From Lama guanicoe (Eukaryota), in the NCBI GenBank assembly GCA_013239625.1, contig MU054032.1, positions 558,001 to 622,000 on the forward strand: DNA of 64,000 bases, written 5' to 3'. Position numbers and translations under genes: made by a program. The notes beneath the pieces were generated by a model. It worked only from the letters and a program-made list of their open reading frames with translations. It had not been told where the DNA came from and made no database searches. Positions 47,701 through 61,749 of the stretch are shown piece after piece (the first letter of the stretch is position 1; each line of letters starts with the position of its first letter).

Positions 47701-50700
47701 TGGTTAAATAAACACACACCTAAAAAAAGACAAACTACAAACAGGGAAGAATTATCTGCAGCACATATAACAGACTAACTTCCTCAACATTCAAAAAATG
47801 CTACGAATCCCTATATTTAAAAAGTCAATAGAAAAATGGGCAAATAAGCCAATCACAGAAGAAATACAGATGGCCAATATGCATATTAAAGATGTTCAAT
47901 ATTACTGATAATTAAAATAATTATAAATTAAAACTGTAAATCAGTTAACTTTTTGTTGCCTATCAGATTGACAAACTACAGAGATTGAGAAAACCAAGTG
48001 TTAATGAGATTATGAATAAACTGGCACTCAACTGCTGTTAATTGGAGCATAGATTGGTATTTCATTTTTGGAAGGTAATTTGGCAACTTTTATCAGAATG
48101 TCATCAAATTTTATCAAAACATATCATTTGATGCAGCAATTCTACTTGTAGGAATTTCTCACAGAAACACATGCACGGAGATGCATGTGCAAGGATATTT
48201 GCTGAGGTACTCACTAAAAGAGCAAAAAATTGGAGACAATCTACAGCCCATTGGGAGGCGAAGGTTATATAAATTATGCCAAATCCATGCCATGAAATAA
48301 TGTGCAGCTATGGAAATCAGAATGAAATCTCTACCTACCAACATGGAAAGTTCTCCAAGACATAGTCAATGAAAAAAGTCTCAGGCCAATGTGTATAGTA
48401 TGATCATATTTATCTTTGTTTAAAAGTTGTATATGTGTTGTATATGTGTGCATGTGAAAACAGAAAAATGAGTGCAAATAGAAAACAGTGGTTATCTCTG
48501 GGGAAGTATGTGGAATTTGGTGGTGGAGTGGGGAGGGAAGAGGAGACCTGTATGTAAGGACTCATATATTTTACTTTTTAAAATCTTTTACAGGGAAAAT
48601 GTACTGATGCATTATTTGTGTAATTTGAAACAAATAAAATAACTAGTAAAATGTTCATATTCTTTGAGCCAGCAATTCCACTTCTAGAAATCTCTCCTAG
48701 AGAAATTCTCACATCTGTGTGCAGAGATAGACTGCAGCACGGTTTGTAACAAAAGACTGAATGCTACCCAAGTGTCTATCAATATACGACTAGTTAAATA
48801 AATTACGACATATTCACACAATGGAATGCTGTTCAGCAATAAAACAGTGAAACACACCTGATTGTATTGAAATATAATGATAACCAAGATGAACTGTTTG
48901 GTTAAAATAAGAAGAAAAACATCAGTAAATGATCTCATTGTTTAAATATATATTAGTATGTATCTAGAGAGAAATAGAGAGAAATCTAGAGAGAAATGGA
49001 GGAATAGACTCCTAAACTTTAGGAAGTAGATTACAGGGAACTTTCACGTTCTTGGCATCTATATCTGAAATGTTTGAATTATTTTTTACCACAAGCATGT
49101 ATCATTTTTGTAATCAGGAAAAAAAAGATGAAAAAAATAGCTCTTCACTTCCTCACATTCCATTGATGGTTCAACCTACTGTAATTTGTCTTTCTCCATG
49201 CCACCCTGCTGAAGCTCTTTTGGCAAACTTGCCAATAATTCCTGCCAAAAGCAACGGTATATCTTCAGTTCTCATTTTAACTCATGAAACTCCTCACTTG
49301 GCCTCTAAAATACCTCTAGGTATCAGAGGACCCACTCTCTTTCTTCTTAGTCTCTGTGGTGAGCAGAACAACAGCCCCTCAGAGATGTCCGCATCCTAAT
49401 CTCCAGACTCTGTGAATCTGTTGCCTTAAATGGCAAGACACTTCGTAGATGTGATTAAATTAAGGATTTTAAGATGGGGAGATTATCCTGGATTATCTGG
49501 CTGGGCCCTAGGTAATCACAGGGCTCCTTATAAGTGAAAGAAAGGCAAGATGGAAGAGCCATGGAAGGAGATTTGACAACGGAAGCCAAGGCTGGAATGA
49601 TAACACTGCTGGTTGGAAGGGGGGCCATGAGATAAGGAATGCAGGCAGCCTCTCATAACTGGAAAAGGCAAGGCAAGGAATTCTCCCCTAGAGCCTCTAG
49701 AGAAAATATGGCCCTGCCAACATCTCAATGTTAGTGTAGATGAAACTATTTTGGACCTGTGCCCTCCAGAACTGTAAGAGAATAAATTTGTGTTGTTTTA
49801 AGGCATTGTTACAGCAGCAATAGGACACTAATACAGACTCCTTTAATAATTCATCTTCTTCTGTTCAACCCCTAAATAGGGTGTTTATCAGGATCTGGCT
49901 GTCCTTATCTACCTTCTCTTCTTACCTCTTTCCCTGGTAACTCAGCTACTCTGAGGATGTCAGTTACTTCCTAGGAGCAGATGACTCTCAAACACGTTCT
50001 CTCCTAAATTTCTATCGATTTCCAACTACCTACCACATAGTTCCATCTGGGTGCTCCACTGACATCTAGTACATCAACTCAGTACGTCCAAAATTGAACC
50101 CATCTTTCTTCCTTAAACTAGTCCTCCACTTGTATTTCCTATTTTAATAAATGGTACCCCCATCTGCTCATTCCACAAGCCTGGAAGATGTCCTAGACTT
50201 GTCCTCAACTCCTCCTGCACAATCCATTAGTTACCAAATGTTGTGGCTTCTACCTCATGACTCCACTGATGCCATCACTTCTGTGTTCATCATCCCTTGA
50301 CTAGGCTATTGCAGTTGAGGTCCTGCCTCCTTCCTCAATCCAACCACCATCATGCTCCCATAGCCGTATTCTTTTCATCAACCCCTCTTCAAATCTCATC
50401 ATTTTTTCAATATCAACACAGATTTTCATTAGTCCCATATATATATCACTATTTTCATGATTCAGATGGAATTAGCAGAAGTTGCTGTGAAAGTCTCATT
50501 TGCAGAACATGAAGTGAAGACTCAAAAATTCATGATTTTGAAGTGTCTAATACTATAAATGAAAACAAAGTCAGATGCTGAGGATTTAAGAACTGGCCAA
50601 AAAAAAGGCATATGTTTATATATAAGATTTAAATTATAATATGCAGAGATATCTCTACTTTCTGGAATAATATTTTATGTAAGGAGTAATTTTTATTATA

Positions 50701-53700
50701 TAGAAGTATAATATATATATACACCTATTTTTTCTTTTAATTACATCTTTCATGAGTTTAAGAGTTCCCCATGGTTCAAGGATTGCATATTCAAGTGTCT
50801 CAGTGGCTAGAAAGGTAAAGTGAATGAATGGTCAGGAGCTGAGGGAATTGTGGTGAATTGAAGAATACATGACCCACTGCTTAGAAATAACCAAGGTCAG
50901 ATTAAAAAAACAGCAAGGTACACAATACAATACAAATCATTTCCGTGGACTGTCAGCTTTCAGTCTCCGGCAGGATAAAGTTCACAACACCTCAGCACAG
51001 CATCCATGAACCTCTATAATCTGGACCCTGCTCAACTCAGCCCTCCCTCTTCCCACTGTGCACTCCATGTCCAAGTCACAGAGAATGACACTCACCTTCC
51101 CTAATGCATCACTATGTTGTTTGGTGGCTCCTCTGGACTTTCACAACTTTTTCCACCTGGAATACCTTTTTGCTGTCCTTAGCAGACCCCTACTCCATAC
51201 TCTCCTGAGAGATCTCAGAGCTGGACTCTGAATTCAAGAGCCTTGTTTCCAAGACAGCTGCCTCAATTCCAAGACAATCTCACCACACTGATCTCTTTAT
51301 CTACCAATACCATCCCTTAAACTCCTTCTCTTTGAAAGAAAATAGAGACTAGAAACTGGAGAGCAGTTAGGAGACTGTTATAATAGACTTGGGAAAAAAT
51401 CACGATGAATCAATGAATGACCCCTGATTACAGATGACCCTTGAGTAACACTGGGGTTAGTTGGCATATAATTTATATTCTGCCCTCCATATCCACTGTT
51501 TCTCTGCATCCACAGATTCACCCAATGGTGGACTGTGTAGTCCTATAGGATTTACTACTGAAAAATGTCTGCATAGAAGTGGACTAGCGCCGTTCCAGTC
51601 CATGTTGTTCAACTGTAACTGGTTGAATAAATGAATGAATCATGGCCAAGCTCCCTGCTAGCTCCATCACTCAGCATCTGGCTTGGCTCTTATACAACCT
51701 TCCTTATTCCCACATTGTCCTCTCCACCCCCATATTCTTTGATTCTCTGAGTCCTAAGACTTGGGATATTTTTAGATTATGGGGAAGAAGACTGTCACCC
51801 CTGGACCCTTCTAGGTTCAGACTGTGATCCTTGCTTCTTCCGAAGCTCTCTTCCTTTGGGACAATCCACTTTGGGACCTACTCATCTCTGCCTCTCTTCT
51901 CTACCAACCTTTTTTCAACACCAGATGCCTAGATGCCTTCTTTATGTGCCTTTCCGTTCCAACCCCTATCCCTCCAGGAAAACAATTTCTAACCACTTAC
52001 CTCCTCCCCATCTTAGGCAACGAGCCAGATCATTTCCAGTGCCCAGGGGCAACACAGCAACAGGAGGCACAAAAGGCAAGTTGGCTTTGTCTGGGGAGGC
52101 AGGTGAGGAGTTGAATAGAGGGAGTTAGCTCTGGAAGGCCACTGCCCCGCGCCCTGCCCGGAGCCTCTCCCTTCACTGACCAATGGTCTCCAAAATCCAG
52201 CCTACTGTGCCATCTCCACCACACACCAAAATCCGGTAATCAGGAACCTCTCTGAAGAATCTGAGTCTAAGACAAAAGGCGAGAGAGAAGATGAGGAAGG
52301 ACGACAGCACTGAGGCTACCCAACTCCTGGACAGGCAGAGGACTTCTTGTCTCTCATTCCATACAACCCCCTTCCCCTTCGTCCAAAGACTTTTTTCTAT
52401 TAACGGCAGGGAAAAGTACAATGGGGAAGTTATAGCCATTCCTCAGTGGTGAGGGAGAAATTGGCATCTACATCCTTTGTGAGCAGAACAAAGATAAGCC
52501 GGAGAATTCAGAAGTTGGGATACCCAGTTAGAGCAGCATTCGCAAGTCTGGTTTCTTGGCTCCCCTAGCCCTCCCCTCGCAACATGTACCCTTTCCTGCT
52601 CTCTTCCAACACCGACAGGCAGACACAAGCAGACACTGTGACACAGCCCCTAACTACACTCACCCTGGCTCAGGACCATCCTTTAGGAGGTTGAACACCT
52701 GTCGAGGGTTTAGTAGATACTGAAATTTCCAGAGCACCCTGTGTGGGGAAAAAGGAAAGATCATGGCAGGGGATATTCTGTACCCCACTCTCTTGATGCC
52801 CTCCTCAAGGTATGTCCCTTTCATACACACAGATTCCCAACGTCTCCATCTTAGAAGACCCAGTATATCTCCTCACCTCTCCCCTTGCTTCCCGCCACTC
52901 TTGGGGTTGACAAAGACCAGAAGTGGGTGAGTGTTAGAAACAGGGTCAATCTGCATTGAGGGAAGAAAACATTGAGGGATAAGGAAAGCAGACTTTTGTC
53001 AGAGCTGGGATGGGCCCGGGAGACAGGGGCAGAGGCTGGCATTCTCAAGAGGCTTTCCCCTCCCCTACCAGGTGGGGCTTCTGCAGAGTAGGCACCATTC
53101 CCCAGGCTTCCCACTTCATCCCCTCCCATGAGGGCTCTAGTGAAGAAAAACTGGCCCCCAAGACGAAACTCAAGCCTCTAACCCCTTACCCGCAGAGCCT
53201 CAGAGGGGCTTAAATTTATATCATCTATGGTCTTCTGGCTTGTTTTGCTAATTTTACGCTCCTGTCCAGAGACCTAGGAAGGGAGTGAAACAGAAGGAAG
53301 AAAAACTGGATTGTATGAATCCATAAGCAGATGAGAGTCTGACTTGAATTCTAAAAGTACAGGCTTTCTGCTCTAAATGGCACTGTGTGTATGCATCTGT
53401 GTTTAAATTAGGGGAGCACTCCTGTCCTCTCCCAGCCGCTGCCCAAGGGTCTCACCAGGACGCCGGGATAGATGGAAGATGGAGGCAGGATGTGATCACG
53501 GAGCAGCCCACAGTCACACTCAGGGCCCATGGCTGGCAGGCAGTCATCATGGATCTGAAACACAGAGTAGGCATGGAGAGATGGTGGAGGGAATCCTGTC
53601 ACCTCTCAACTTGGGGTCTGGTACTGACAGAGAGCCCTTGGGTGTAGGGCAACTGTGACAGTAAGGGAGACATGCTGCTGGAGGAGGCGCGTGGAAAGAG

Positions 53701-56700
53701 GGCAGCTTAGGGAGGGGCCCCAAAGCAAGGCTGGAGGGGTAGCTCCCAAACTGACCTCTAGATGGCACCACACACAATGCAGGCCAACCAGACTGTGATA
53801 TATTCGGATCTTTTTCTGACAGCGGTCACATCTCCCCGATTCACAGCCTCCTCGCACCCACACGTGTGCCTGGACCTTGGGGAAGAAGGCAATCTCTTGT
53901 CCAAGAGGGTCTGAGCAGGGACTCCGGGAAGGGCTGAGGGCAGCAACGGGCCAAGAGCCAGGGCCAGGGCCAGGATGCTGGTGGTGACTGGGTGGGCATG
54001 GCGTCACTTACACCAATGTCCTTCCGAGACTTGGCATAGGTGCTGACTTCACAGGGCAGGGCCCTCATGGCGCACTGGTCGTGAACGACGTATTTACAGA
54101 CTAGGTGAGAGGGAAGAAGGGCAGAGCCTTTGCTGCAGCCCCTCCTCCCTCCTTACCTGGGGGTGAGGCAAGATCACCTACTGAAACGATACATATAACC
54201 CCTTGCTCTGAGGGTACGGTAGAAAAGCTTGGGGTGGGTGCTCACCTCCCACACGTGTGCCTTTTGCTCACTCTTCCCCCTCAAAGAGCAATTGCTACCC
54301 CATACCAAATCCCACTCAATTGATGTGCCAGGAACTGAACTAGATGATGTAAAGGAGGCCCAGATAGAACAACAACAACAAAAAGAATAAAAGTAGCCAA
54401 TTTTTATTGCAGACTTAATAGTGTGTACATGCACTGCATGAGGCACTTTTCTTGCATCAACTTACGTAATGCTCACAATTACCTCATTTTCAGTCAAAGA
54501 AACTAAGACTTAAAGAGGTTATGTGGCTTCCCCAAGGTCACATCACTAATCAGTGGCAGAGCCTGGGATTCAAACCCAGGTCTCTCTAAGTTCAGAGCGT
54601 TGTGTTCCCACAGACAGCTGGGCTACCCCTCTGCTCCCATGCCCTGAGGTCCCATCACTCACGGTTACAGCTCAGCCCCTGTTTGCCAAGACCAATGCTC
54701 GATTCGCATAGGTTGCAGTAGACGGGTCGGGGGAACCTCTTGGGTCTCCACATGTGCTGCCCATTGTCCTTCAGGGTCTGGGAGGGCACAGCAGATGCTG
54801 GGGAGTGTCTAAGCTCTTAGAGGGCCAACCTCTGACAAGCACAACCCAAGGCAACCGTGTTACTCACCCTCACAAGTCTCCCCTACTCACCATCTCCAGA
54901 CCCAGCAGCACTAGCAAGGGCACAGTGGTGGCCCCAGCCCGGAGCCACTCAGCTAGCGAGACGGAGCCACTGCCATCATAGTCAATCTCTTTCATCATCT
55001 CCTGAAGAATCTGAACAGAGAATGGAGGTGGGGGGGACTTTTGGTATGAGTAGTCCCTCAGATCTGACACTTCTCCATTGCCCCCTAGGACACCCAGGTT
55101 AGCCATCCTAGCCAAGGGCACCAGCCTGCCTGTCAGTGATGAGGTAAGGGAGACGTGGGACTCATCAGGGAGAAGGTATAAGAAGGGCCATGCAGGAAGA
55201 GTTGCCTTACCGGCCTCAGCTCAGACACATCCCAATCCAGGTATTCAGCCACTCGCATCATCTGTATGATGATTTTGTCCACTTCCTGGGGGCCAAGAGG
55301 GTAAGAGCCACAGCCATATCTCCCCTCATTACCAGCATCCAAACTCTTCTCTAGAAATCAGGGCTTCTAAGTTCCACCCGCAGACCCCCTCTAATCCTCA
55401 GGTGCCTCTGTCAAGTAAATGAGTGTCTATGTGAGTTTGTATGTGTGCAAGGCAGCCCCCAGTTCATGTCTCCAGCATCCTCTTTTGGGAGTCAAGAGCT
55501 TGGGACCTACTCCCAAATTTAGCCCTAAAGGACTCAACTTCTCCCTCTAGCTTCCTCTGCTTCTTAAGATCCTGGAAGAGTTGGGAACAGGAGGGCACAG
55601 ACAAATGGACACATACTCCCTTGCCCAGCATACAGGTCCCCCAACTCACTGAGCTGTCCAGGATCCCATTTCTGTCCGTGTCGTACAGCTTGAAGGTGAC
55701 TGTGGGGTGTTTCAGGGGGCCAGGGTCAGTTTGTGAGGAATACCCAGAGAATTCATAACAGAATACAGGGAAAACAAAGAGATAAGGAGGGACATTTTGG
55801 ATGAACAACCAGGACTTGGGGCTGAGACTGAGACAGAAGACAAACAGGGAGGGGAAACAGGCCTGGATGCTACCCTGGGTGGACCTGACAGGGGAGACAG
55901 TAGACACCTCCCACATCCCAAGAACATCCCAGGCCACCCACGTGAAAATATATAAGACACGGGGACTGGGGTGACTATGGTGGATGGCATTACGTATAAG
56001 GAGTCTGGGGGAAGAGAGGAAATGGGCCCATTCTCTGGCCCCACCTTTGTCTGGCCCTGTCAGCCTTTAGGAGTCCTGAAAAAATGAGGGAAGGAAGGCT
56101 GGGGAATACCTTCTCTCCCTTCACCTTTCCTCCCCTCTCCCAGTTCTGAATGGCAACTCACATTCTAGCTTGTCTTCTGGCCGGCCACCCTCCAGAAGGG
56201 AAAAGTAGCAGGAGACATCGCTGAGACACACCACATCTGGGTACAAAAAGTACAGCAGATCTGAGGTTGCAGCTGCCTCCACTCTGGCTCTTCTCTTTTC
56301 CCTTGTTCGTTCCAACTCTTCCCTTTAACTTTCCTCCCTCCAGCTCCTAGACCTGTCTGGCCACTCTCCACCTCTCTCCTCTTACCCTGCCCCCAACATG
56401 TGACTCAATTCAACTCTCACCCCAGAACTCACACTTAATTTGTTCTTCCAGAGGCCCAGCCCAGTCCTACCTACGTGACCATACCTTGTTTTACAGTCTC
56501 TTCTAAGCAGTAACCGGTCTGGAAGGATTGAAACAGTGCCTCGCTTATGTGACTGGGAACATTATCCACCTCCAGATAGATTTTCAGGAATTGCTGGAAT
56601 CCCTCGTACCCAATGGCCTACGATGAGAGCAGGCATTACCCTGGGGGAGTCTACAGGACGGGAGTTGGGGACTGACGAATCAAGAGTGGTGGGGACAGTG

Positions 56701-57512
56701 ACAATAAGTGCAGAGTTGAGAAGCAACCAAAGCGGGAATATGGTTTCTTGGGCTAAGGTCTGAGTTAATGGAATCTCTTGTTTTGTCCCAAAGCAATAGC
56801 TGCCATGACAGTGGGCACTGGGGAATCTAGAGAGGACAGCAAGGATTGGGCTCAGAATAATCCCTGGAAGTTGGCCATCACAATGCAGTAGCAAAAACAA
56901 AGATGGGAGGAGTTGGGGATGGAGAGGATTTCCCAGCTGCCACTCACATCTCCTTGGAGATATTCAGCCATTTCACCATCCTCAAAGAGTTTTAGGACAT
57001 CACTGACCTTTTTGGTGGAGTCTAGGGTGTGAAGAGAGTGAGAGTAGAGCATTAGTCTGGTTCAGTTCTCCCTGTCCTCTGCTAGATTCTTGCCGAGACA
57101 GCCAAAAGGAAAGAAGTTTCCAGTGAGAAGAAAAAAGAAGAGATTCCAAAAAGAAACACAGAAATACAGAGAGAAAAACAGTTCAGATCCTCCAAGGTGG
57201 TTGCCTTCTTTACTTCTTTTCTCTGAGACTCGGAGCCAGAGGTCAAGGTTCAGAGAAGGTGGGCAGAGAGCTGAGACCCCAGGCATCTCCCCATTTCCCT
57301 CTCCTCCCCTCTCCAGCCAGGCAGATCTCAGCAGCACACTGTCTCAGGGCCGCTGGAGGAAACAGGGGGTGTTGGGTGGGAATGAGGAGGAGAAGGGATT
57401 CTTTAACAGTGAGGTCCCCAGAACTGAAGGGCTGAGAGGAAGACTCACATTCCATGTACGTTTGCAGCTGGGCAAAATCACTGGGGCTTATTAGGCCCCT
57501 CTCCTTGGCCAT
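44716..57512 (-). CDS. DGKA: Diacylglycerol kinase alpha (734 aa)
   Basis: 23 coding exons complement(57449..57512, 56948..57021, 56485..56617, 56162..56236, 55650..55699, 55211..55285, 54891..55010, 54663..54777, 54012..54100, 53756..53875, 53456..53554, 53190..53273, 52877..52950, 52664..52738, 52181..52266, 52001..52090, 46634..46794, 46318..46382, 46028..46118, 45546..45744, 45318..45438, 45064..45124, 44716..44799) = 2205 nt. [13 protein letters not shown] start, two EF hands, two C1 domains, NPKSGG, GGDGTVG, PLGTGND, QIDGEPW. Confidence 0.97.
47170..49135 (+). mobile_element. Degraded L1 (L1M-type) ORF2-end and 3' UTR fragments in the long DGKA intron
   Basis: A-rich; L1-like motifs ttcaaataaatggggaaaga, gaaaaatgggcaaa, cagcaattctacttgtaggaatt and cagcaattccacttctag (two fragments). 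Confidence 0.75.
49150..51230 (+). mobile_element. L2 LINE fragments interrupted by MLT1 and another insert
   Basis: gcagatgactctcaaa..., gtccaaaattgaaccc..., ataaatggtacccccatc..., ttgactaggctattgcagt..., ggataaagttcacaac... Confidence 0.6.
49355..49835 (+). mobile_element. Solo MaLR LTR (MLT1D-like)
   Basis: TG...CA termini (tgtggtgagcagaa ... ctaataca), internal gggagattatcctggattatc and aataaatttgtgttgtttta, near-identical 5-bp TSD gtctc/gactc. Confidence 0.85.
51431..51615. mobile_element. Tigger2-like TcMar non-autonomous DNA transposon
   Basis: TA-flanked; termini cagatgacccttgagtaacac ... atgttgttcaactg resemble Tigger2 inverted repeats. Confidence 0.7.
54410..54600 (-). mobile_element. 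MIR SINE
   Basis: ctcattttcagtcaaagaaactaagacttaaagaggttatgtggcttcccaaggtcaca...cagtggcagagcctgggattcaaacccagg. Confidence 0.8.
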
Positions 57513-57889
57513 CTTTCTTTTTTTCCTAAGGATGGCTGCAAAGGCAGCTTGGTAGTAGTACTTCCGGTGCCTGCACCTCCGCTTCCAAAGGTAGGTCTGG
57601 AGGAAGGTAACAAAAGCATGTGGCAGGACTAGCCAGCTGTCTGTGCCTCTTTGCTTCCAGCTACTCTGTTCATTTTCCACTGCTACTATAATTTCTGTTC
57701 TTTCCTCGTCTCTGAGTCCCTCCCTAAGTCTCTTCCTTTCCCTGTGTTCCTCTCCCCTATGTCTCTATCTCTCATTGACAGTGTCTGTCCTCTGTCTCTG
57801 TTTCTCTGTCTCATCTCTGACTTTCTCTCCAACATTTCTGGATCCCTCTCCAGCTCGCTGATTTCTCCCCTAATTTGATTCATCCCTGA

Positions 57890-58340
57890 CCACCCTCGCC
57901 TCCCGCGCCCCAGCCCCGCGCTCCCAGGCTGTATCTGTCTCTGTGAGCGTGTCCCTCTCCTGCTTCTACCTTTTCTCCCTCCACCCCCAGTCTCTGCGGT
58001 CTCTGCCGGGCCTGCGCTCCGTCCCATCTCCCTTCGGATCCCGCGGTCCCGGCCCTCCGGCGGTTCTCACTGAGATGGCGGAACGCCTCCCTGGCTGCGA
58101 CCCCATCTTGCTCCGCCTCCAGCCTCGGTCCCCAGCCCCGGTCCCCAGCTCCGCTCAGCCACCCACTCCCAGAGCCACCCACGCCCCGCAACGACCTCTA
58201 GCGCTTCTGACGCGCGCGACACAGAACCAGCTCTCGCCGGGTCCGACCCCGGCCCCGCCTCGCCTCCGCCCTGCAGAGCTCCACAGGGGAAGGGCGGGGA
58301 CCCAGGCAGAGAGGTTGGGAGGAGGCAGGGGAGGAAGGCG
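57890..58340 (-). promoter_or_regulatory. DGKA: CpG island just upstream of the DGKA ATG exon (alternative promoter/enhancer)
   Basis: CpG-dense with GC boxes, 300-750 bp upstream of the acceptor at 57596. Confidence 0.7.
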
Positions 58341-58589
58341 CTGAGCATCTGCCTGGCTTCTCAGTTCCAGGAGGGTTGTGCTGAGGGCGGGAGTCTCTGA
58401 TGCGGGGTTCCTCCTTCCATTCCGCTAGGTTAGCAGTGTTTGGGGAGCCCCAACTTTCCACTATGGGACTCAGGGACCAAGGAGGGGCCACCATGTGGAT
58501 CAGGCTGACCACTGACCCAAGGGCCAGGTTGCAGAGGGCAACTTGCCTTGAGGATTCAATAACAGCAATAACAATAATATCTTACAGTA

Positions 58590-58820
58590 TTACAGTACAG
58601 CACCACTTTGGAGTCAAACAAAACTGGGGTTAGTCATATTTGGGTCCCATTCTTAGCTCTGATACCACTGTGGAACTTGGGCAAATTACATCTATAAAAT
58701 GGGGCGAATGATACCCAATTTCATAGTTGCAAGGATTAAGTGAAATAACGTATGAAAAGTACCTAGTATAATGCCTGGCATATAGAAGACTTACAAGGAA
58801 TGGTAGCTATTATTGTATTA
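58590..58820 (+). mobile_element. MIR SINE
   Basis: actttggagtcaaaca...acttgggcaaattacatctataaaatgggg...aggattaagtgaaataacg. Confidence 0.75.
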
Positions 58821-58959
58821 ACAAGTAAAATCAAATTCTAGGAGGGAATTATTGGTATAGCCATCCTACAAATGAAGAAATGGGAGCTCAAAGAGGCTGG
58901 GACTTCCCAAGGCAGGTGATAAGCAGAGGAGCCAAGGCTCTAACCCCAAAACTGCATGA

Positions 58960-59580
58960 CGGGGTTCATGCCTGTCTCTCTGTCCTCCTCTTGTTCCACT
59001 GTCCCCTTCACACACTGCCTTCTAGTCTCACTACCTTCCTTTTTCTTCCGCAAGCACTTCAAATCCTTTCTGCTCAGGGCCATGACACTGACTGTTCTGT
59101 CTGCCTGGAACACCCTTCCCTACTCTTGGCAGAGCTGACTTCTTGCCTAATCTCAAATGTCAGCTCCTCCAGGAGGACCTCCCTGATCATTCTGTCGTAA
59201 GTTGCCCCTCTCCTTTGCACAGCATCCTCCTTTGTTTCCTTCTGGGAGCTTATCACAAGTGGAAATTGTCTTGCCAATGCATTAGCTTCTTTATTTATTG
59301 TTTGTTTTCTCCTATCAAAATGTAAGTTCCACAGGGCAGGGACTTGTCAGTCTTTTTCACCACTGGATCCCCAATACCTAATGCCCATCTTGTTGCAAAT
59401 GTTCCATACTGATTGTGCAAATAGTTGTGTAAAGTTAAGGAATCATATTTGGGGACCATGAATCAAAATATGGTTAAATGGGATGCCAGAGTATCCATCC
59501 TGACAATCAGGGGAATATGAGACAATCTGGAGCACATACAGTAGGTGCTAAATAACTATTTGTTAAATGAATAAATGATG
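58960..59580 (+). mobile_element. L2 LINE 3' fragment with internal ~150 bp insertion
   Basis: tctgcctggaacaccctt...tctcaaatgtcagctcctc...aaaatgtaagttccacagggcagggac...gtaggtgctaaataactatttgttaaatgaat. Confidence 0.75.
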
Positions 59581-60129
59581 CTAGAAAGTACTTATTGTGG
59601 TACTCCACCCAAGGCTCTGACCTTCTATCTCCCCTCTGCCCATTTATTGAGGGTTGTTGGGTCAGGCTTAAGGAAGCAGTTAGGGCCTACTAGAATTTCC
59701 TTTCTGATGATGCAAGAACCTTCTCTATAGCCTCTGCCCTTGGGACATCTTTGCTGCTCACTGCTGTGTAGTATACTATTCCCGTTCTGGAGGCTCTCTG
59801 GGAACTCTTAGAAGGGGGTTCTGGGACACAGATATTCTGGAGAAAGGACTCCACCCTTCTGGCCCTTTCAATGACTATAATCCAACTTCTACTGCCAACG
59901 GATCTAATGAATACATAATAGTCTTATGGCTAATGGGGCCTGTATGGCTTAATTAGCCTCTCTGATTACCCCTGGGATTCTTAGATGGCTCCAAGCTTCT
60001 AGGAAATGAAATCTGAGAGAGAAAGCGACAGGGAGAGAGCAAAAAAGGACAAACAGGAGAGAGGACACAATACTTCTCTTTTGCCTCTCTTTTCACAATA
60101 ACCTTCCTACCCCCCTAGATCTTAAATGT

Positions 60130-60340
60130 AGTATTCAGTAGAGGTTAAGAGAATGGACTTTTGAATTAGATAGAGGTGGATTGGAATGTTAGCTCTTGGG
60201 TGAGTTATTTCATCTCCCTGAAATTGTTTCCTCACTGGTAAAATGGGTGTCTAGACAAATTAGTCACAAATTGGGGATTAATAAGGTAATACACGCAATA
60301 TACTCAGCAAATTGCATGGCACAGAGAAAGAAGGCAATGA
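60130..60340 (+). mobile_element. MIR SINE
   Basis: gtagaggttaagagaatggacttttgaattaga...ttgggtgagttatttcatctccctgaa...gtaaaatggg. Confidence 0.7.
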
Positions 60341-60341
60341 A

Positions 60342-60356
60342 TATTATTATTATTAT

Positions 60357-60394
<38 letters not shown>

Positions 60395-60408
60395 TTAATT
60401 ATTATTAT
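60342..60408. repeat. (TAT)n(TAC)n trinucleotide microsatellite at MIR tail
   Basis: Seen directly. Confidence 0.95.
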
Positions 60409-61749
60409 ACAAGGGTGGTAGCTAGAGAAACACATCTGGAGATTAGGAAAAATAATGCCTTGGACCAGGAAGGCATAAATTCTAGGGACTCCCAGCAGCA
60501 GTTGTATACCTTCCCTCTTGTGTCATATCTCAGGCACAGACATGTAGTATCAGGATCCTGCACTTTGCCTCTGGGAGTGTGAGGAGGTGGCTATAGAAAC
60601 TAGACTGTCAGGGTCCAAGGACATCCCTGGGCTGAGACACTGGCCATAAGGGCTTCTGGGGTTTTTTTTTTCAGCTGTCCAGGGTCTTAAAAACCTGGAA
60701 TGAGTCCAGTTTTGTCCTTCTCCATCCCAACCCCGAGGCTATAACCTGGGCTAGTTCAGGCGAGTGCCAGGGCTGGGAGGGCGGGGTCTGCTGCCCGCCC
60801 GCCAGCTATTTGTGACTCACGCTTCCCTTCTCTCCTGTTTTCCCTGCCTGCCCCTACAAACTTGGGGGTCAGAAAGTAAGAAGTTGACTTGGAGGCAGAG
60901 TACCCTGAACATCTTTAGAGCTGGGAGGCACCAACTCTCTTATTTTACAGAGGAGGAAACTGAGGCCCAGAGAAAAAGCAGCTCTTTCAGGGTCACACCC
61001 AGACTTGAGACATCCTGTCCTTAGTCCATTCGATTAAATCTTAGTGCCTCTGGTCTTCTAGATGTTATTTTAAACATGAAAATTACTGGTAACCAAGAGA
61101 TAAATATGATTTTTAAAACCAGTGCTAACATTTCAAGTTTCCTTCTTCATTGTAACATTCATTGCTAACATTCCAAGTCATGTCGGTTTACCATTACTCA
61201 AGAATCAGCTATGCCCCCGGAACACTCAGGCTGACCCAGCAAAACACCCCAAGGAGCAGGCACTCCCCTGATCACCTGGACTTCTGAATCCCTTCACCAC
61301 ACCAGGGCTTGCAGCCTCCTCCTCTTTCTTAGGACCGAGAGAAGGTCTCATCTTTACTGCCCATTCTGCTATCCATCAGTGGCTCCTAGAGGGAATCATT
61401 TGGCTTGAAGCCTCAAAATGTGTTAGGCCTCCACAAACGTCGCAGATGGTAGTGTTGCTTGTTTAGGAGGGTGGTGTGTGCATGTGAGTGTGTCTGTGTA
61501 GGGGGGTGTCATTATGTGGTACAGGAGGAAGTTACGATGTTGGCATGGTTGGGGGATGTGGGCTCATATGTTATGAGGTTGAGGAGATGCCCAGTAACAT
61601 TTGCATTTCTTCCCGGCAAAGTTCATTTCCCCCATTTAAAAGAGAAAAGTGGGATTCAGACCCAGGGAGTTTCAGAAACTTCCCGGTGACAGGTGTGGAA
61701 AGGAGATGGGTGGGAAGTTGGAGACCAGGAGGCCAAACAAGAACCCTTC

